From the NCBI GenBank assembly GCA_963666285.1, contig OY762711.1: a stretch of 64,000 bases of DNA; one strand, given 5' to 3'. Numbering within the stretch: position 1 is the first letter of the stretch; every line of letters starts with the position of its first letter. Made by a program: the position numbers and the translations under genes. The stretch comes from Sedimentisphaerales bacterium (GTDB lineage: Bacteria; Planctomycetota; Phycisphaerae; Sedimentisphaerales; SM23-30). The notes below the pieces were generated by a model. That model saw only the letters and a program-made list of their open reading frames with translations, did not search any database and was not told where the DNA came from. Shown piece by piece: positions 1-10,827 of the stretch.

Positions 1-1259
1 TCAGTCACAAACTATATATTATCGATCCAACAGTATCTCCCGATCCAAATATCGTTATTGCGGATGTTTCAGGCTGGGATGGTAACCTGAGAGCGTCATA
101 TACATTGACACAAAACCTGAATATGGATAAAACATATTACTGGCGTGTTGATCAGGTTATGACAGGCGGAACGATCGTAGCCGGTGACCAGTGGATGTTC
201 CTGGCAGAAAAATCAACTCCAGAAATTACCGGCGACCCTGTCTTCCAGATTTTACCGGCTGATGAAACTGCAAGCTTCTCAGTAACAGTATCTTCTTTGA
301 CACCGGAAACCTATAAATGGTACAAGGACGGCAGTCCGCTTAGTGACGGTGGAAATATTTCCGGATCAGAAACAGCCACTTTAACCATTACAACGGTATC
401 TGAAAATGATGAAGGTCTTTACTTATGTAAAGTAAACAATGACTCAGGTGTCGAAGTCGAATCTGCTTCTGCACCTCTGGCAATTCAGGCACTAATTGCA
501 TACTGGTCATTCACAGACGGTGATCCTAATAATGATATTACTGAAGCGCCGGCTACCAAAATATATGGTGACCCTGTAGCTGCTGCCGGTATTGTCGGTG
601 AAGGATTTGCATTTGACAGCGATGCCGGTGCCGAAGATCTCATCTATACAGACCCGACAGATATTACCTATTTCAATATTTGTAACTATCAGATGACTGT
701 TAGCTGCTGGATCAAAGCTAATATCTATGCTTCTTGGGGACCTATGGTTGCCAGGCACGGCGAAGGCAGCGAAGGTTGGCAGCTGCGTAACAATGGTGAC
801 AATGGCAATAAGATATGTTTCACCACTCGCGGCACAGGTAATGATGATGGCTCAGCTTCCAGCAAGACAGTATATGACGGCGAATGGCATTATGTCGTCG
901 GCACCTTTGACGGAAGCGTCAAGAAAGTTTTTATCGACGGCGTGCTTAATGTATCTAATACTGCTACTGGTCCGGTTAACTCAACCCTGTCGCCGGTATC
1001 ACTGGCCGGTAGAGTAACCGGTTCAGGCAGCGAGCTTTCATTTGAATCTGTAACTGCATGCACTCTTGACGAAGTTAAAATTTATAACTATCCGCGTGAT
1101 GAGTTTGCTATTGCTCAGGAATATGCCAATATATCTGGTGTATCAATTTGCCCGGTTAATCCTGCTTACGACTTCAACAATGACTGTAAAGTCGATCTGC
1201 TCGACTTTAGCAGTTTTGCCGGTCAGTGGCTGCTGGACAACATGGTTCACCCTCAATAA
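1..1259 (+). CDS. Ig-like + LamG (ConA-like) domain protein with C-terminal dockerin-like motif; 5'-partial
   Basis: Frame is open from base 3 (SHKLYIIDP...), so the start lies outside the window. Motifs: YYWRVD, Ig motif (YKWYKDG...EGLYLC), LamG motifs (WHYVVGTFDG, LDEVKIYN), C-terminal DFNNDCKVDLLDF..FAGQWL. Confidence 0.8.
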   Translation, partial: SHKLYIIDPTVSPDPNIVIADVSGWDGNLRASYTLTQNLNMDKTYYWRVDQVMTGGTIVAGDQWMFLAEKSTPEITGDPVFQILPADETASFSVTVSSLTPETYKWYKDGSPLSDGGNISGSETATLTITTVSENDEGLYLCKVNNDSGVEVESASAPLAIQALIAYWSFTDGDPNNDITEAPATKIYGDPVAAAGIVGEGFAFDSDAGAEDLIYTDPTDITYFNICNYQMTVSCWIKANIYASWGPMVARHGEGSEGWQLRNNGDNGNKICFTTRGTGNDDGSASSKTVYDGEWHYVVGTFDGSVKKVFIDGVLNVSNTATGPVNSTLSPVSLAGRVTGSGSELSFESVTACTLDEVKIYNYPRDEFAIAQEYANISGVSICPVNPAYDFNNDCKVDLLDFSSFAGQWLLDNMVHPQ

Positions 1260-1284
1260 TAATTATTATATAACTAACAACTTT

Positions 1285-1318
1285 GAACTCCCTGTTGAGA
1301 TTGTTTAACAGGGAGTTC
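1285..1318 (+). terminator. Intrinsic terminator-like hairpin
   Basis: Perfect 12-bp inverted repeat GAACTCCCTGTT...AACAGGGAGTTC followed by T-rich sequence, just after the stop at 1259. Confidence 0.65.
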
Positions 1319-1355
1319 TTACTTTGTTTGAGTGACTTAAAGAGGTAGAAAGAGA

Positions 1356-3398
1356 ATGAAACACAAAACAGTTAAAAAACTGGTAGTATGCTTAGCTTTA
1401 GTTTTATTTATACAAATCAAACTTATTGCGGTAGAACCGTCAGCCAGGTCGGGTATGGGAGCAATTCCTTATAGCGGAGGCACCACATTTAGAGTCTGGG
1501 CACCAAATGCCGACTCTGTTCATGTGGCTGGTGAATTCAACTGGTGGAACAGCAGCTCCCACCCATTAGCAAACGAAGGTAACGGACACTGGTCAGCTGA
1601 CATACCCGGAGCAATTGTCTCGCAGGAATATAAATATGTGATCAATGGCAATATCTGGAAAACCGATCCAAGAGCCAGGGACGTTGTCAGCTCGGTTGGC
1701 AACGGGATAATTGAAAACAATATATACAACTGGACTGATTATTCTCCGCCCGCCTGGAATGATATGGTAATCTACGAGCTCCATATCGGCACTTTTTACG
1801 ATACAGTCACCAGCGATTCAAAACCGGGAACATTCAATTCAGCCATCAATAAGCTGGACTACCTACAGGCGATGGGTATAAATGCTGTCGAACTTATGCC
1901 TATTGCAGAATTCCCTGGCGATTACTCAATGGGCTACAATCCCGTAAATATTTTCGCCCCTGAAGGTGCATACGGCAGCCCCTACATGACCAAAAAATTC
2001 ATCGATGAATGCCATAAAAGAGGTATTGCCGTATTAATTGATGTGGTCTATAACCACCTGGGCCCGGACGACCTGGGTACTTCTATCTGGCAATTTGACG
2101 GTTATAGCCTCAACAATAACGCCGAGCTTGGCGGCATATATTTTTACGAAAACAATAACAGGTACACGCCCTGGGGAAACACCCGCCCAAATTATACGAC
2201 AGGTGAAGTTAGAAGTTTCATCCGGGACAATGCCCTTTACTGGCTAACAGAGTATAATGCCGACGGCCTGCGCTGGGACGGCACAGCCTACATCCGCGAA
2301 CAGGACATCAACAGCAACGAAATCCCCGAAGGATGGTCGCTTATGCAATGGGTAAATAACGAGATCGATGCCATCTGCCCCGAAAATATCTCGCTTGCAG
2401 AAGATATGCGGGACAATGAATGGCTGACTAAAACTACCGGTGAAGGTGGTGCCGGGTTCGACTCTCAATGGGATGCCGGGTTCCATCATAAAATAGTCTC
2501 TGCTCTTACAACCCCAAATGATGTTGACAGGAATATGTGGGACGTTAAATACGCAATCGAGCATAAATACAACGGCTGGGACACTCAGCGAATAATATAC
2601 ACCGAGAGCCACGACGAAGTTGGCCTGTCTAGCGGAAAAAAAAGATTACCCGAACAGATTTGGGAAGGTAACGCTGACAGCTGGTACTCCAAAAAACGAT
2701 CAACTCTAGGAGCCGGTATTGTCTTAACCAGCCCTGGTATCCCGATGCTATTTATGGGCCAGGAATTCCTGGAAGATGGCTCCTGGCATGATAATACTCC
2801 TCTGGACTGGGTAAGGTTTAGCAATAACATTGGAATCGCGAAACTATACCGCGACCTGATACACCTGAGAAGAAACCTGTCCAATAACACCCGCGGGCTG
2901 CTGGGTACCAATGTAAACGTCTTCCATGTGAATGACTCTGCCAAGGTTGTCGCTTACCACCGATGGTATAATGGCGGCGTCGGCGACGATGTAATTATTC
3001 TTGCCAATTTTGGCGATGTAAATTACACCGAATACGATATCGGCATGCCGCGTAAAGGCCTATGGCGGATACGATTCAATAGCGACTGGAACGGCTACGA
3101 CAGCGATTTTGGCAATTGGGATGTTTACGATACCTACGCTTCTGATGGCTCAATGCACGATCTGCCCTATCATGCCAGTGTAAGACTGGGCGCATACAGC
3201 ATGGTTATCCTTTCGCAGGGAACCGGCCCTGACCTTAACGGCAACGGCACCGTTGACCTCGTTGACTTTGCCTGGCTCGCCGCTCAATGGCTGAACACCT
3301 GTAACGACAATGATTCCTGTTCCGGAACCGACTATAATATGAGCGGATCAGTTGACATCGACGACCTGCAGCAGTTGAGTTCTCACTGGCTAAATTAG
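1356..3398 (+). CDS. Secreted GH13 alpha-glucan-active enzyme (CBM48 + branching enzyme/trehalohydrolase-like) with C-terminal dockerin-like domain
   Basis: Signal-peptide-like N-terminus; FRVWAPNA (CBM48); YELHIG and DVVYNH; catalytic triad motifs DGLRWD, LAED, ESHDE; twin Ca-binding-like repeats DLNGNGTVDLVD and DYNMSGSVDIDD. Confidence 0.85.
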   Translation: MKHKTVKKLVVCLALVLFIQIKLIAVEPSARSGMGAIPYSGGTTFRVWAPNADSVHVAGEFNWWNSSSHPLANEGNGHWSADIPGAIVSQEYKYVINGNIWKTDPRARDVVSSVGNGIIENNIYNWTDYSPPAWNDMVIYELHIGTFYDTVTSDSKPGTFNSAINKLDYLQAMGINAVELMPIAEFPGDYSMGYNPVNIFAPEGAYGSPYMTKKFIDECHKRGIAVLIDVVYNHLGPDDLGTSIWQFDGYSLNNNAELGGIYFYENNNRYTPWGNTRPNYTTGEVRSFIRDNALYWLTEYNADGLRWDGTAYIREQDINSNEIPEGWSLMQWVNNEIDAICPENISLAEDMRDNEWLTKTTGEGGAGFDSQWDAGFHHKIVSALTTPNDVDRNMWDVKYAIEHKYNGWDTQRIIYTESHDEVGLSSGKKRLPEQIWEGNADSWYSKKRSTLGAGIVLTSPGIPMLFMGQEFLEDGSWHDNTPLDWVRFSNNIGIAKLYRDLIHLRRNLSNNTRGLLGTNVNVFHVNDSAKVVAYHRWYNGGVGDDVIILANFGDVNYTEYDIGMPRKGLWRIRFNSDWNGYDSDFGNWDVYDTYASDGSMHDLPYHASVRLGAYSMVILSQGTGPDLNGNGTVDLVDFAWLAAQWLNTCNDNDSCSGTDYNMSGSVDIDDLQQLSSHWLN

Positions 3399-5213
3399 AG
3401 CTTGTCCGCAAATTATGATTTTTGAATAGATAGTATTTTCGGCATGGTTTCCGGTGGTATTTTTGGCTGTAATTACACAGGCAATGTATTTTGCTGGTGT
3501 ACTTGACAGATTTGTCGGTTTCAGCGTGCAGTATTTCTATGGAATTATCAAATAGAATCCAGTTTAAGCCACTTTTCCCCGTTCTTTTTCCTGGGCAAGT
3601 TTTATTCTGGCCAGAACCCAGAGATTATGAGACAAGATACTTAATCCCATGTGGACTTCACGGTTATCAAAACCCTTCTGTTTCATAGGCGAACCACAAA
3701 AACAATTACTCAAAATACTGATTCTTGCTTCTGTCTGACTGCGTCTTATTTGAGCCTGCCTGAAAGCATCTTCCTGAAGCCTTTCTGCCAGCAATGCCGG
3801 ATCACATGGACAAACCGCATTGAATATGTCATTTTTCTTCATGTATTGGCGATTCTTTGCACTATCAAAACCACGGTCACCTGCCAGCAGATTGACTTTA
3901 CAGCCAAGCTTATCCTTAATACGTTTATGACCAGACTCAAGCATTGTTTTATCGGCAGGTGTCTGATCGCGATAATACTTCCAGGCGACGATCAAACCGT
4001 CAGGTTGTTCTGCTAGATACAGCTTATTGCCAAACTCAGTCTCAGCTCCGGATTTGCGGCGAACTATCACATTGACATCAGGTTCGTATATACTCAATAT
4101 CTTATCTTTATTGTCAACCCTGCGGTTTCCGATTATGCGTTCATGAGCTTGTTTTACTGCATCAGCAAGTTTACTTATAACTCCGGTAATCTGTTTGATT
4201 ATCTGCTGAACATTACCAAAGGTAATATCTGCCGTTTTCCAGTTGTTTTCCAGCTTTTCCAAGTGATTATTCGAATGTTTTGATACACGTCTAACCAGAC
4301 GTTTCATCTTCCTTAAAATATTCTTACGCTGCTTTTTAGCCCCTTTTATACGTTGAGCAAATGTCATTTCCATGCAAAGCTTATTCATCTTCGAGATAAA
4401 TCCAGATGGCTCAAAGGGCATGCGACATAATATACCAGCTTTGCGAATACGAGCTACAGCTTTCATCAATGTACGAGTAGAATCTCTTAATAATAACCAA
4501 TCTACCGGATAGTGTATGTTAGTGTCTATGCAGGTGCAGTCGAAATATGCCTGACTAAAATCCAAAGGTTCCAATATAATTGAATCATTCTGTACCTCTG
4601 CAAATAGCATTCTTTCTACCTGGTCGATCAAATAAGGAGATATGGCATTTTCCAGATCATTTATACGAGTTTTACCGGGTATTCGAGGGACTTCAAAGCG
4701 ATTTATGCCGCAAAACCATTGATAGAGGTCACTATGCGATAATGCCAAAGAAAATTTACGTAAAGATAAGTTTAGACGCTTGCGAAGAATGGATATCCTC
4801 AATGCCATAATAGCTTCAATATGGATATTAAGACGATCGTAATGCGTTAACCTGACAGCTTTGCCGGTACCAAAATATTCTATGGTCTTTTCAACATAGG
4901 ATCTATTGAGAAAATACTGGATGAATAAAGTCTCAATACCGCCGGCTTCAACTATCCGATCAATGTCGATCAGGAACTGGCGTTCCTGACGATATTCAAA
5001 ATTGCCAAATTCCAGTGGAATATCTTTGTCAAATAACTGCTGAACTGGTAAAATCTTTAACATAGGTGTGGCTCCTTTTTTAAGGTAAAATGATTTGCAA
5101 GACCATTTTATAACACACCTATTTTACTCCTTTTAACCAAAAACGCACCATATAATTCTAAAATTACAGCGTAACTATCTCAAAAAAATAAACTTACAAC
5201 TACGGACAGACTC
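3398..5213 (-). mobile_element. IS5-like insertion sequence
   Basis: Imperfect terminal inverted repeats GAGCTTGTCCG (3398-3408) and CGGACAGACTC (5203-5213); TA on both flanks (3396-3397, 5214-5215); single transposase inside. Confidence 0.75.
3564..5063 (-). CDS. DDE transposase (IS5/ISNCY-like)
   Basis: DCTCIDTNIHYPVD, DKILSIYEP, EFGNK, LAGDRGF and RSQTEARI motifs typical of IS5-related DDE transposases. Confidence 0.8.
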   Translation of the reverse strand: MLKILPVQQLFDKDIPLEFGNFEYRQERQFLIDIDRIVEAGGIETLFIQYFLNRSYVEKTIEYFGTGKAVRLTHYDRLNIHIEAIMALRISILRKRLNLSLRKFSLALSHSDLYQWFCGINRFEVPRIPGKTRINDLENAISPYLIDQVERMLFAEVQNDSIILEPLDFSQAYFDCTCIDTNIHYPVDWLLLRDSTRTLMKAVARIRKAGILCRMPFEPSGFISKMNKLCMEMTFAQRIKGAKKQRKNILRKMKRLVRRVSKHSNNHLEKLENNWKTADITFGNVQQIIKQITGVISKLADAVKQAHERIIGNRRVDNKDKILSIYEPDVNVIVRRKSGAETEFGNKLYLAEQPDGLIVAWKYYRDQTPADKTMLESGHKRIKDKLGCKVNLLAGDRGFDSAKNRQYMKKNDIFNAVCPCDPALLAERLQEDAFRQAQIRRSQTEARISILSNCFCGSPMKQKGFDNREVHMGLSILSHNLWVLARIKLAQEKERGKVA

Positions 5214-5234
5214 TAGGTATATTTCACATATAAA

Positions 5235-6890
5235 TCATGGCTTTGGATATACCATAGCCCTGTTTGCCCACGCTTCCCATTTTGCAGATAGTTCTACTAC
5301 TTTCTCAGGATATACGCTTTTCAAATCGTGGAGCTCTGTTCTATCCTCAGCAAGATTATAGAGTTCCCATTTGCTGGCGATAGTCGGGTCAGAAGAAACC
5401 CCGGTACCTACAAGCTTCCACTCGCCATCAATTATTGCAGCATTATCTTCATGTTCGAAATACAAAGGATCAGGACGATTAAGAGAACCATTGGCAAATG
5501 CTGGTCGCAGAGATATCCCATTAATCGGTTTAATTTGATTACCTTCGTATTCTTCAGGATATTTCGCCCGGGCTAAATCAATAACGGTCGGCATAATATC
5601 AATTAAAGTTGCTGCCTCGCGGTATAATCCGCCTTTGATCGTTATACCGGCTGGCCAATGAGCTATAAACGGCGTTGACATTCCACCTTCATGAGTATAA
5701 TGCTTAAATTTACGGAAAGGGGTATTTGAGGCATTAGCCCAGACCGTGCCATAAGAAGGTCCAGCACCATAAGTATGCTCCCAAAGATCAACATCATATG
5801 GATTGGTATCACCTCCCAGCTCTCCGCCTTCGGCACAACCGCCATTATCTGAAAGAAACATAATCAAGGTATTGTCATATATTCCTTTATTTTTGAGCAT
5901 ATTTACCAGTTTCCCGATATTCTGGTCCATGCGGTCAACCATTGCCGCATAGTATGCCATACGCAATGCCATTTCTTCTTTCTTTTCTTGAGACAGGGAA
6001 TCCCATGCCCTGGCAGAACGTGTGCTAAGCTGCCAATCAGGGTCAATAATACCCATCTTAATTTGCCTTTGGTATCTCTGTTGGCGAAGCTGGTCCCATC
6101 CCATCATATATTTGCCGCGATACTTATCAACTTCCTCCTTATGAGCATGAAGCGGCCAATGGGGGCAAGTATATGCGAGATACAGGAAGAAAGGACGATC
6201 TTTATCAGATTTCTCCTGTTCGATAAAATTAATTGCATAATCGGTATAGGCATCTGTTGTATAGAAACGTCGATCAGTAGTACTTTCCGGTGTAGTGATT
6301 TTTTCGTTTCCTAAAACAATGCCACGCGGATGGCTCGGATAGAAGAAGTTGGAAGCACCAGGAACAACGCCATAATACTTTTCAAAGCCACGCTGCATAG
6401 GCCAGCAGTTCTGGTCATTATAGCCGAGATGCCATTTGCCAGTCATCATAGTCGCATAGCCAGCCTGTTTAAGGACTTCACCAATCGTTACACAGTTTTT
6501 ATTAATAAATCCGCGATAATTTGGAAATTCGGGACCGCTATCATGCTGAGTGCTATTTGGCGGATTAGTCATGTGACCAATTCCGGTTTCATGCGGATAG
6601 AGACCTGTCATAAGAGAAGCCCTGGTGGGACAGCATCTGGCAGTATTGTAGAATTGGGTAAAGCGTATACCGTCTGCCGCCAAGGCGTCAAGGTTTGGTG
6701 TTTCTATCTCACCACCATAACACCCAATATCAGAAAAACCCATATCATCAGCCATAATTAAGATAATATTGGGCCGCTGGCCTTTTTGAATCTCAATACC
6801 TGAATTGGAAAAAAGTGTATCTGCAAAAACAATATCTGCACATAGAGTAAATATAACTATCAAGAAAAATAATTTAACATTTCTATACAT
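5235..6890 (-). CDS. Arylsulfatase (formylglycine-dependent, S1 family), secreted
   Basis: RPNIILIMADDMG, CCPTRASLMTG (CxPxR), GKWHLG and SDNG motifs; signal peptide. Confidence 0.93.
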   Translation of the reverse strand: MYRNVKLFFLIVIFTLCADIVFADTLFSNSGIEIQKGQRPNIILIMADDMGFSDIGCYGGEIETPNLDALAADGIRFTQFYNTARCCPTRASLMTGLYPHETGIGHMTNPPNSTQHDSGPEFPNYRGFINKNCVTIGEVLKQAGYATMMTGKWHLGYNDQNCWPMQRGFEKYYGVVPGASNFFYPSHPRGIVLGNEKITTPESTTDRRFYTTDAYTDYAINFIEQEKSDKDRPFFLYLAYTCPHWPLHAHKEEVDKYRGKYMMGWDQLRQQRYQRQIKMGIIDPDWQLSTRSARAWDSLSQEKKEEMALRMAYYAAMVDRMDQNIGKLVNMLKNKGIYDNTLIMFLSDNGGCAEGGELGGDTNPYDVDLWEHTYGAGPSYGTVWANASNTPFRKFKHYTHEGGMSTPFIAHWPAGITIKGGLYREAATLIDIMPTVIDLARAKYPEEYEGNQIKPINGISLRPAFANGSLNRPDPLYFEHEDNAAIIDGEWKLVGTGVSSDPTIASKWELYNLAEDRTELHDLKSVYPEKVVELSAKWEAWANRAMVYPKP

Positions 6891-7059
6891 TTAAGCTCTC
6901 CAAAAAATAGTGCGTTTCGCACTTTTGACTGTACAACATTATACGCTAAGGCCAGTACAGGGCCTTGTGAATGAAAATGTCAGTATTAATTTACACTTTC
7001 GGGCGATTTCCCGTAAGTACATTTAATTCAAGATGCAATAGGAAGTCCCTATTAGGCGA

Positions 7060-9798
7060 TTATTGCAGTTCTAATGACAACCAATCGTTTGAAAGGCATT
7101 GAATGTCTTTCAGATTGATTACATTATCTGGAATAGGGTCAAAAGAAGATATAACAGGCACTAAAGGCTGCTCAATAGTGGAATTTGGTCCGCTAAATAG
7201 GTAAACTACTTCCTCAGGAAGTATAGCCCGGCCATATATTCGAAACTCATCCAATTTACCTTTAAAGAAACCATACATACCTGATACATCGGAACCAATT
7301 CTGGAAATAGTAATTGCATTTCCATCAATTTCAAAAATTGAATTACGATCCTCAGCAACTAAAATACCATCATGATAAATACGTGAAATACCAGTAGCAG
7401 CATCTTTAGTCATACAAAAATGGTGCCATTGAGATGTTGGCTGGTGTCCAAAATATGTAAGTTTATCCCACTGAGCATCTCTATCAAGACCTGATGAAAA
7501 TATGAGCGGCTCTCTGTTAGAAGCCTTTTCAGCATTAACCCAGAAACATACTGAAAAGCCGGTGCTGACACTGTCAAATACTCCATGAAGTACTACTACA
7601 CTGGAAAACCCATCAAATTTCAGACAGCCATTACTAAATCCAGAAGAATTCCATAACAAACTGCTATCTTTAGTCTCAATAATGCCATGATAAGAATTTC
7701 CTGATTGATCATAAACATTCAAACCTCCAGGCCGGTCAAACGAATAATAAACCAGCGGCTCATCTAAACCGCCAGCATCTGCTATAACAATATAACTGCC
7801 TGACAGCCATTTTTCTGTCAAGAGTTTTAAATCATTAAGATCAGCAACACAATCATGATTGAGATCGGATTCACCGCTCATACCAATAATACATCTGGTA
7901 ATATCCAATTTCAAATTATCAATTTGCAATTTACCACTGCCATATGCTGACGCATCGTTTTCAACACCAATAGCAATACCAGAAACACAACTAAGATCAA
8001 CACCTGCATTTGTGAATTCACATAGTTTAATACGCCAGTGATTCCATTTGGACCATGCCGGTTGTACCAAATTGCATTGGCTACCAGTATAGTATACTTT
8101 CAGTTCATTATTATTCTTATCTGAAACCAGCAAATACAGACTGGCAGAAGAATTATCCGGCCACCCTCTGAAGGACAACTCTAATATTTCTACCCCCCAT
8201 TTCAACCAGTTTTTACCCTTATCATTTTTAAGTTCAACCTCAGAAAGATAAGGATCAGATTGGTTATCATAAGACAAACACATTGACTGACCATCAGCAT
8301 CAAAAAATAGAGATAACTGAGAACCGGTAAGATTCAATTCACCATCCGACCATTTGTTTTTTAATTCACTTTCTTCATTATAGTCATTAAAATCATCGAC
8401 AATAAACGGCACCTCAAAATCTAAAACATGTACCTGGCTTGATCCTTTCAGCTCAGGATTATTAAGATCATAAGCATCAACACGACAAAAATACTGCTTA
8501 TCCAGCTCCATTAGGTTTGTATCAACACTCAGAATAGTGGCAGCATAGTTATCAATATCCAATACCGTATGCATAAATTCCAGATCCTCAGCAATTTTAA
8601 TATTATATAATGGCTGAACAATGTCAGAAGGTGGTTCCCAGTTGAGCTCAAGTGAATTAAGGTTCCCTGAACTACTTAGATTGCCGGGGGTAGTATTAAA
8701 CGGCTTAGTTGTAAAAAACCAAACCGTGCCTTTCCATGGACTCCCGCTATCAGATTCATTTATTTCATCTATTCTCCAAAAGTATGCCGTTTCGCCTGAT
8801 AGATTAATACTCTCATTGTCTAAAGATATTTCATATCGGCCATATTGATCCGGGCCAATTATCTGGGCATTTTCCAGATATACACCTTGAGGGTTATCAG
8901 GAGAAGCCGAACTTACGATATCTGAATTATCACCAAAATAGACATGATGTGACTTGGCCTTACTACCAGGCATCCAGGACAACTCCTGCTCTGAAACAGA
9001 GATAATATCAGTATTTGACGGGAGCGGAGACCAGGCTTTAAGCTGATTCATACTTTCTACTATTTCACTTGCGGTCAAAGCCCTATCATATATGCGCAGA
9101 TCGTCCAGTCTGCCAGTCATCGCTTCTCTCGGAGTTGCAGAACCACTATATGCAGCAGCACCACCCAGCCTGACATAGCAATTATAATCTGTAAATTGAG
9201 TATTTATTATTCTATCAGCAAATGTCGCCAACGGTTGCAATTGGCCGTTCAGATAAAATTTCACTTCAGAAGTCTTGACATTACCATCATTATTAAAGTC
9301 ATCAACAGCCAGGGCAATATGATACCATGTGTTTAATTCAAGGTCGCCACTATTTAAGGCAAGAGAATTGCCAGAGGCAACCTCCAAACGCAGCCTCCTG
9401 TTTTCAATTACCAGGCGAAAATATTGCCCCGCAGCAGCTGCATTTCCCCATTGTACAATTGTATGTCGATAATTATCCTGCGTAAGATATATCCATGCTG
9501 ATACTGTACGTGGATTTGAAGATAAAATACCTTTTGAATCTGTTAAAATCCAGTCATTACCATCAAATTCAAGAACACTGCCTCTCTGAAGATCATTCAC
9601 CCATTCGGGGCCATGACCAGCGCCGCTATCGGCTTCCATAAAAGTGCCTTCATTTCCACCGGAACCGGTATCTGAAACTGTTATCCCTGAACTATCATTA
9701 AAGATCCATTCATTATAGGGAGTTGATGCTATCACACCAGGGACACTAACAAAAAACGAAAAAACAACAATTAACCTGAAATTAAACTTATTTATCAT
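7060..9798 (-). CDS. Secreted multi-LamG domain protein with dockerin-like repeats
   Basis: Signal peptide; two LamG domains (GRLDDLRIYDRAL, GKLDEFRIYGRA); YFWRIDE; DLNHDCVADLND. Confidence 0.8.
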   Translation of the reverse strand: MINKFNFRLIVVFSFFVSVPGVIASTPYNEWIFNDSSGITVSDTGSGGNEGTFMEADSGAGHGPEWVNDLQRGSVLEFDGNDWILTDSKGILSSNPRTVSAWIYLTQDNYRHTIVQWGNAAAAGQYFRLVIENRRLRLEVASGNSLALNSGDLELNTWYHIALAVDDFNNDGNVKTSEVKFYLNGQLQPLATFADRIINTQFTDYNCYVRLGGAAAYSGSATPREAMTGRLDDLRIYDRALTASEIVESMNQLKAWSPLPSNTDIISVSEQELSWMPGSKAKSHHVYFGDNSDIVSSASPDNPQGVYLENAQIIGPDQYGRYEISLDNESINLSGETAYFWRIDEINESDSGSPWKGTVWFFTTKPFNTTPGNLSSSGNLNSLELNWEPPSDIVQPLYNIKIAEDLEFMHTVLDIDNYAATILSVDTNLMELDKQYFCRVDAYDLNNPELKGSSQVHVLDFEVPFIVDDFNDYNEESELKNKWSDGELNLTGSQLSLFFDADGQSMCLSYDNQSDPYLSEVELKNDKGKNWLKWGVEILELSFRGWPDNSSASLYLLVSDKNNNELKVYYTGSQCNLVQPAWSKWNHWRIKLCEFTNAGVDLSCVSGIAIGVENDASAYGSGKLQIDNLKLDITRCIIGMSGESDLNHDCVADLNDLKLLTEKWLSGSYIVIADAGGLDEPLVYYSFDRPGGLNVYDQSGNSYHGIIETKDSSLLWNSSGFSNGCLKFDGFSSVVVLHGVFDSVSTGFSVCFWVNAEKASNREPLIFSSGLDRDAQWDKLTYFGHQPTSQWHHFCMTKDAATGISRIYHDGILVAEDRNSIFEIDGNAITISRIGSDVSGMYGFFKGKLDEFRIYGRAILPEEVVYLFSGPNSTIEQPLVPVISSFDPIPDNVINLKDIQCLSNDWLSLELQ

Positions 9799-9822
9799 AT
9801 ACTTTATCCATAAACTGGAAAA

Positions 9823-9861
9823 GTGATATTGCTATAAAGTAAACCTCTACAGCAATATCAC
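9823..9861 (-). terminator. Intrinsic terminator
   Basis: GTGATATTGCT...AGCAATATCAC stem followed by a U-run on the minus strand, downstream of the PEP-CTERM gene. Confidence 0.65.
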
Positions 9862-9885
9862 AATATTAAAATCATATTAAAAATA

Positions 9886-10695
9886 CTAGGCTTTGAACTT
9901 GCGACGCATAGCAACACCGCCAAGGGAAAGTAAAATAATAGTCGATGGCTCAGGAACAACAATCGCCTGAACTTCAACACAGCTTAACGCATGGTCGTAA
10001 ACACGAACATCATCCATATTACCAATCAATGCTTCTCGCGGCTGCGGCACACCACTAAAGGCGTTTCCACCGCCAAGACGAATATATTCATCATCGATGA
10101 AAGTAGTGTTAACTACCTGATTTCTACCTGCTGACTGAGAAAGCTCATTACCATCTAAGTAAAATTTGATTTCAGAAGTTGTTGTTGAGCCATCAGAATT
10201 TAAATCATCGACAACCATTGCCACATGATACCATTGATTATCTACAAGGTCTTCTTTGGCAAGTGCAAGAGCATTACCACCGGAAACTTCCATCCTTAAC
10301 CTGTTGTCTTCAATGAGCAACCGGAAATACTCCTGGGAAGCATTACCATTACCCCACTCGATCAAAGTATGGCGATATTTATCTTCAGTAAGCTTAAACC
10401 ACATAGCAACAGTTCGGGCGTTACCCCCTAGAACACCTTGAGAATCGGTTAGAATCCAATCATTACCATCAAAAGCAAGTGCAGTATCTCTAACAGAGTC
10501 ATTTATCCAGGTTGGACCTTCTCCGGCACCGGCAGGCAATTCATTTTGCATAAATGCAGCATTACTGTTTCCAGTGCCTGAATCCGACACAGACAAGCCA
10601 CTTGCTTCATTCATTTCCCAATGATGCAGCAAACCTGCATCTGCCGAAAAAGAAACCACTAATAACACTGTCAAAAACAAAATAACTTTCTTCAT
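9886..10695 (-). CDS. PEP-CTERM-anchored LamG domain protein
   Basis: Start refined to MKKVIL (ATG 10695, GGAGGA RBS upstream); LamG motif GNMDDVRVYDHAL; C-terminal VPEPSTIILLSLGGVAMRRKFKA. Confidence 0.88.
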   Translation of the reverse strand: MKKVILFLTVLLVVSFSADAGLLHHWEMNEASGLSVSDSGTGNSNAAFMQNELPAGAGEGPTWINDSVRDTALAFDGNDWILTDSQGVLGGNARTVAMWFKLTEDKYRHTLIEWGNGNASQEYFRLLIEDNRLRMEVSGGNALALAKEDLVDNQWYHVAMVVDDLNSDGSTTTSEIKFYLDGNELSQSAGRNQVVNTTFIDDEYIRLGGGNAFSGVPQPREALIGNMDDVRVYDHALSCVEVQAIVVPEPSTIILLSLGGVAMRRKFKA

Positions 10696-10749
10696 CTTTT
10701 CCTCCATAGATATTAAATTACATGGCATACAGCCAAAATATAAAACCTA

Positions 10750-10777
10750 TGCTGAGCCGCAAATAAGCAGCCCAGCA
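10750..10777 (-). terminator. Intergenic hairpin (terminator or RNA stabiliser)
   Basis: Minus-strand GCUGGGCUGC-UUAUUU-GCGGCUCAGC stem-loop between two co-oriented genes; no strong U-tract. Confidence 0.45.
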
Positions 10778-10827
10778 AGGTAACATGAAAAAATTGTCAA
10801 AAAAGAATTACTCATAGTAAGCCTGTA

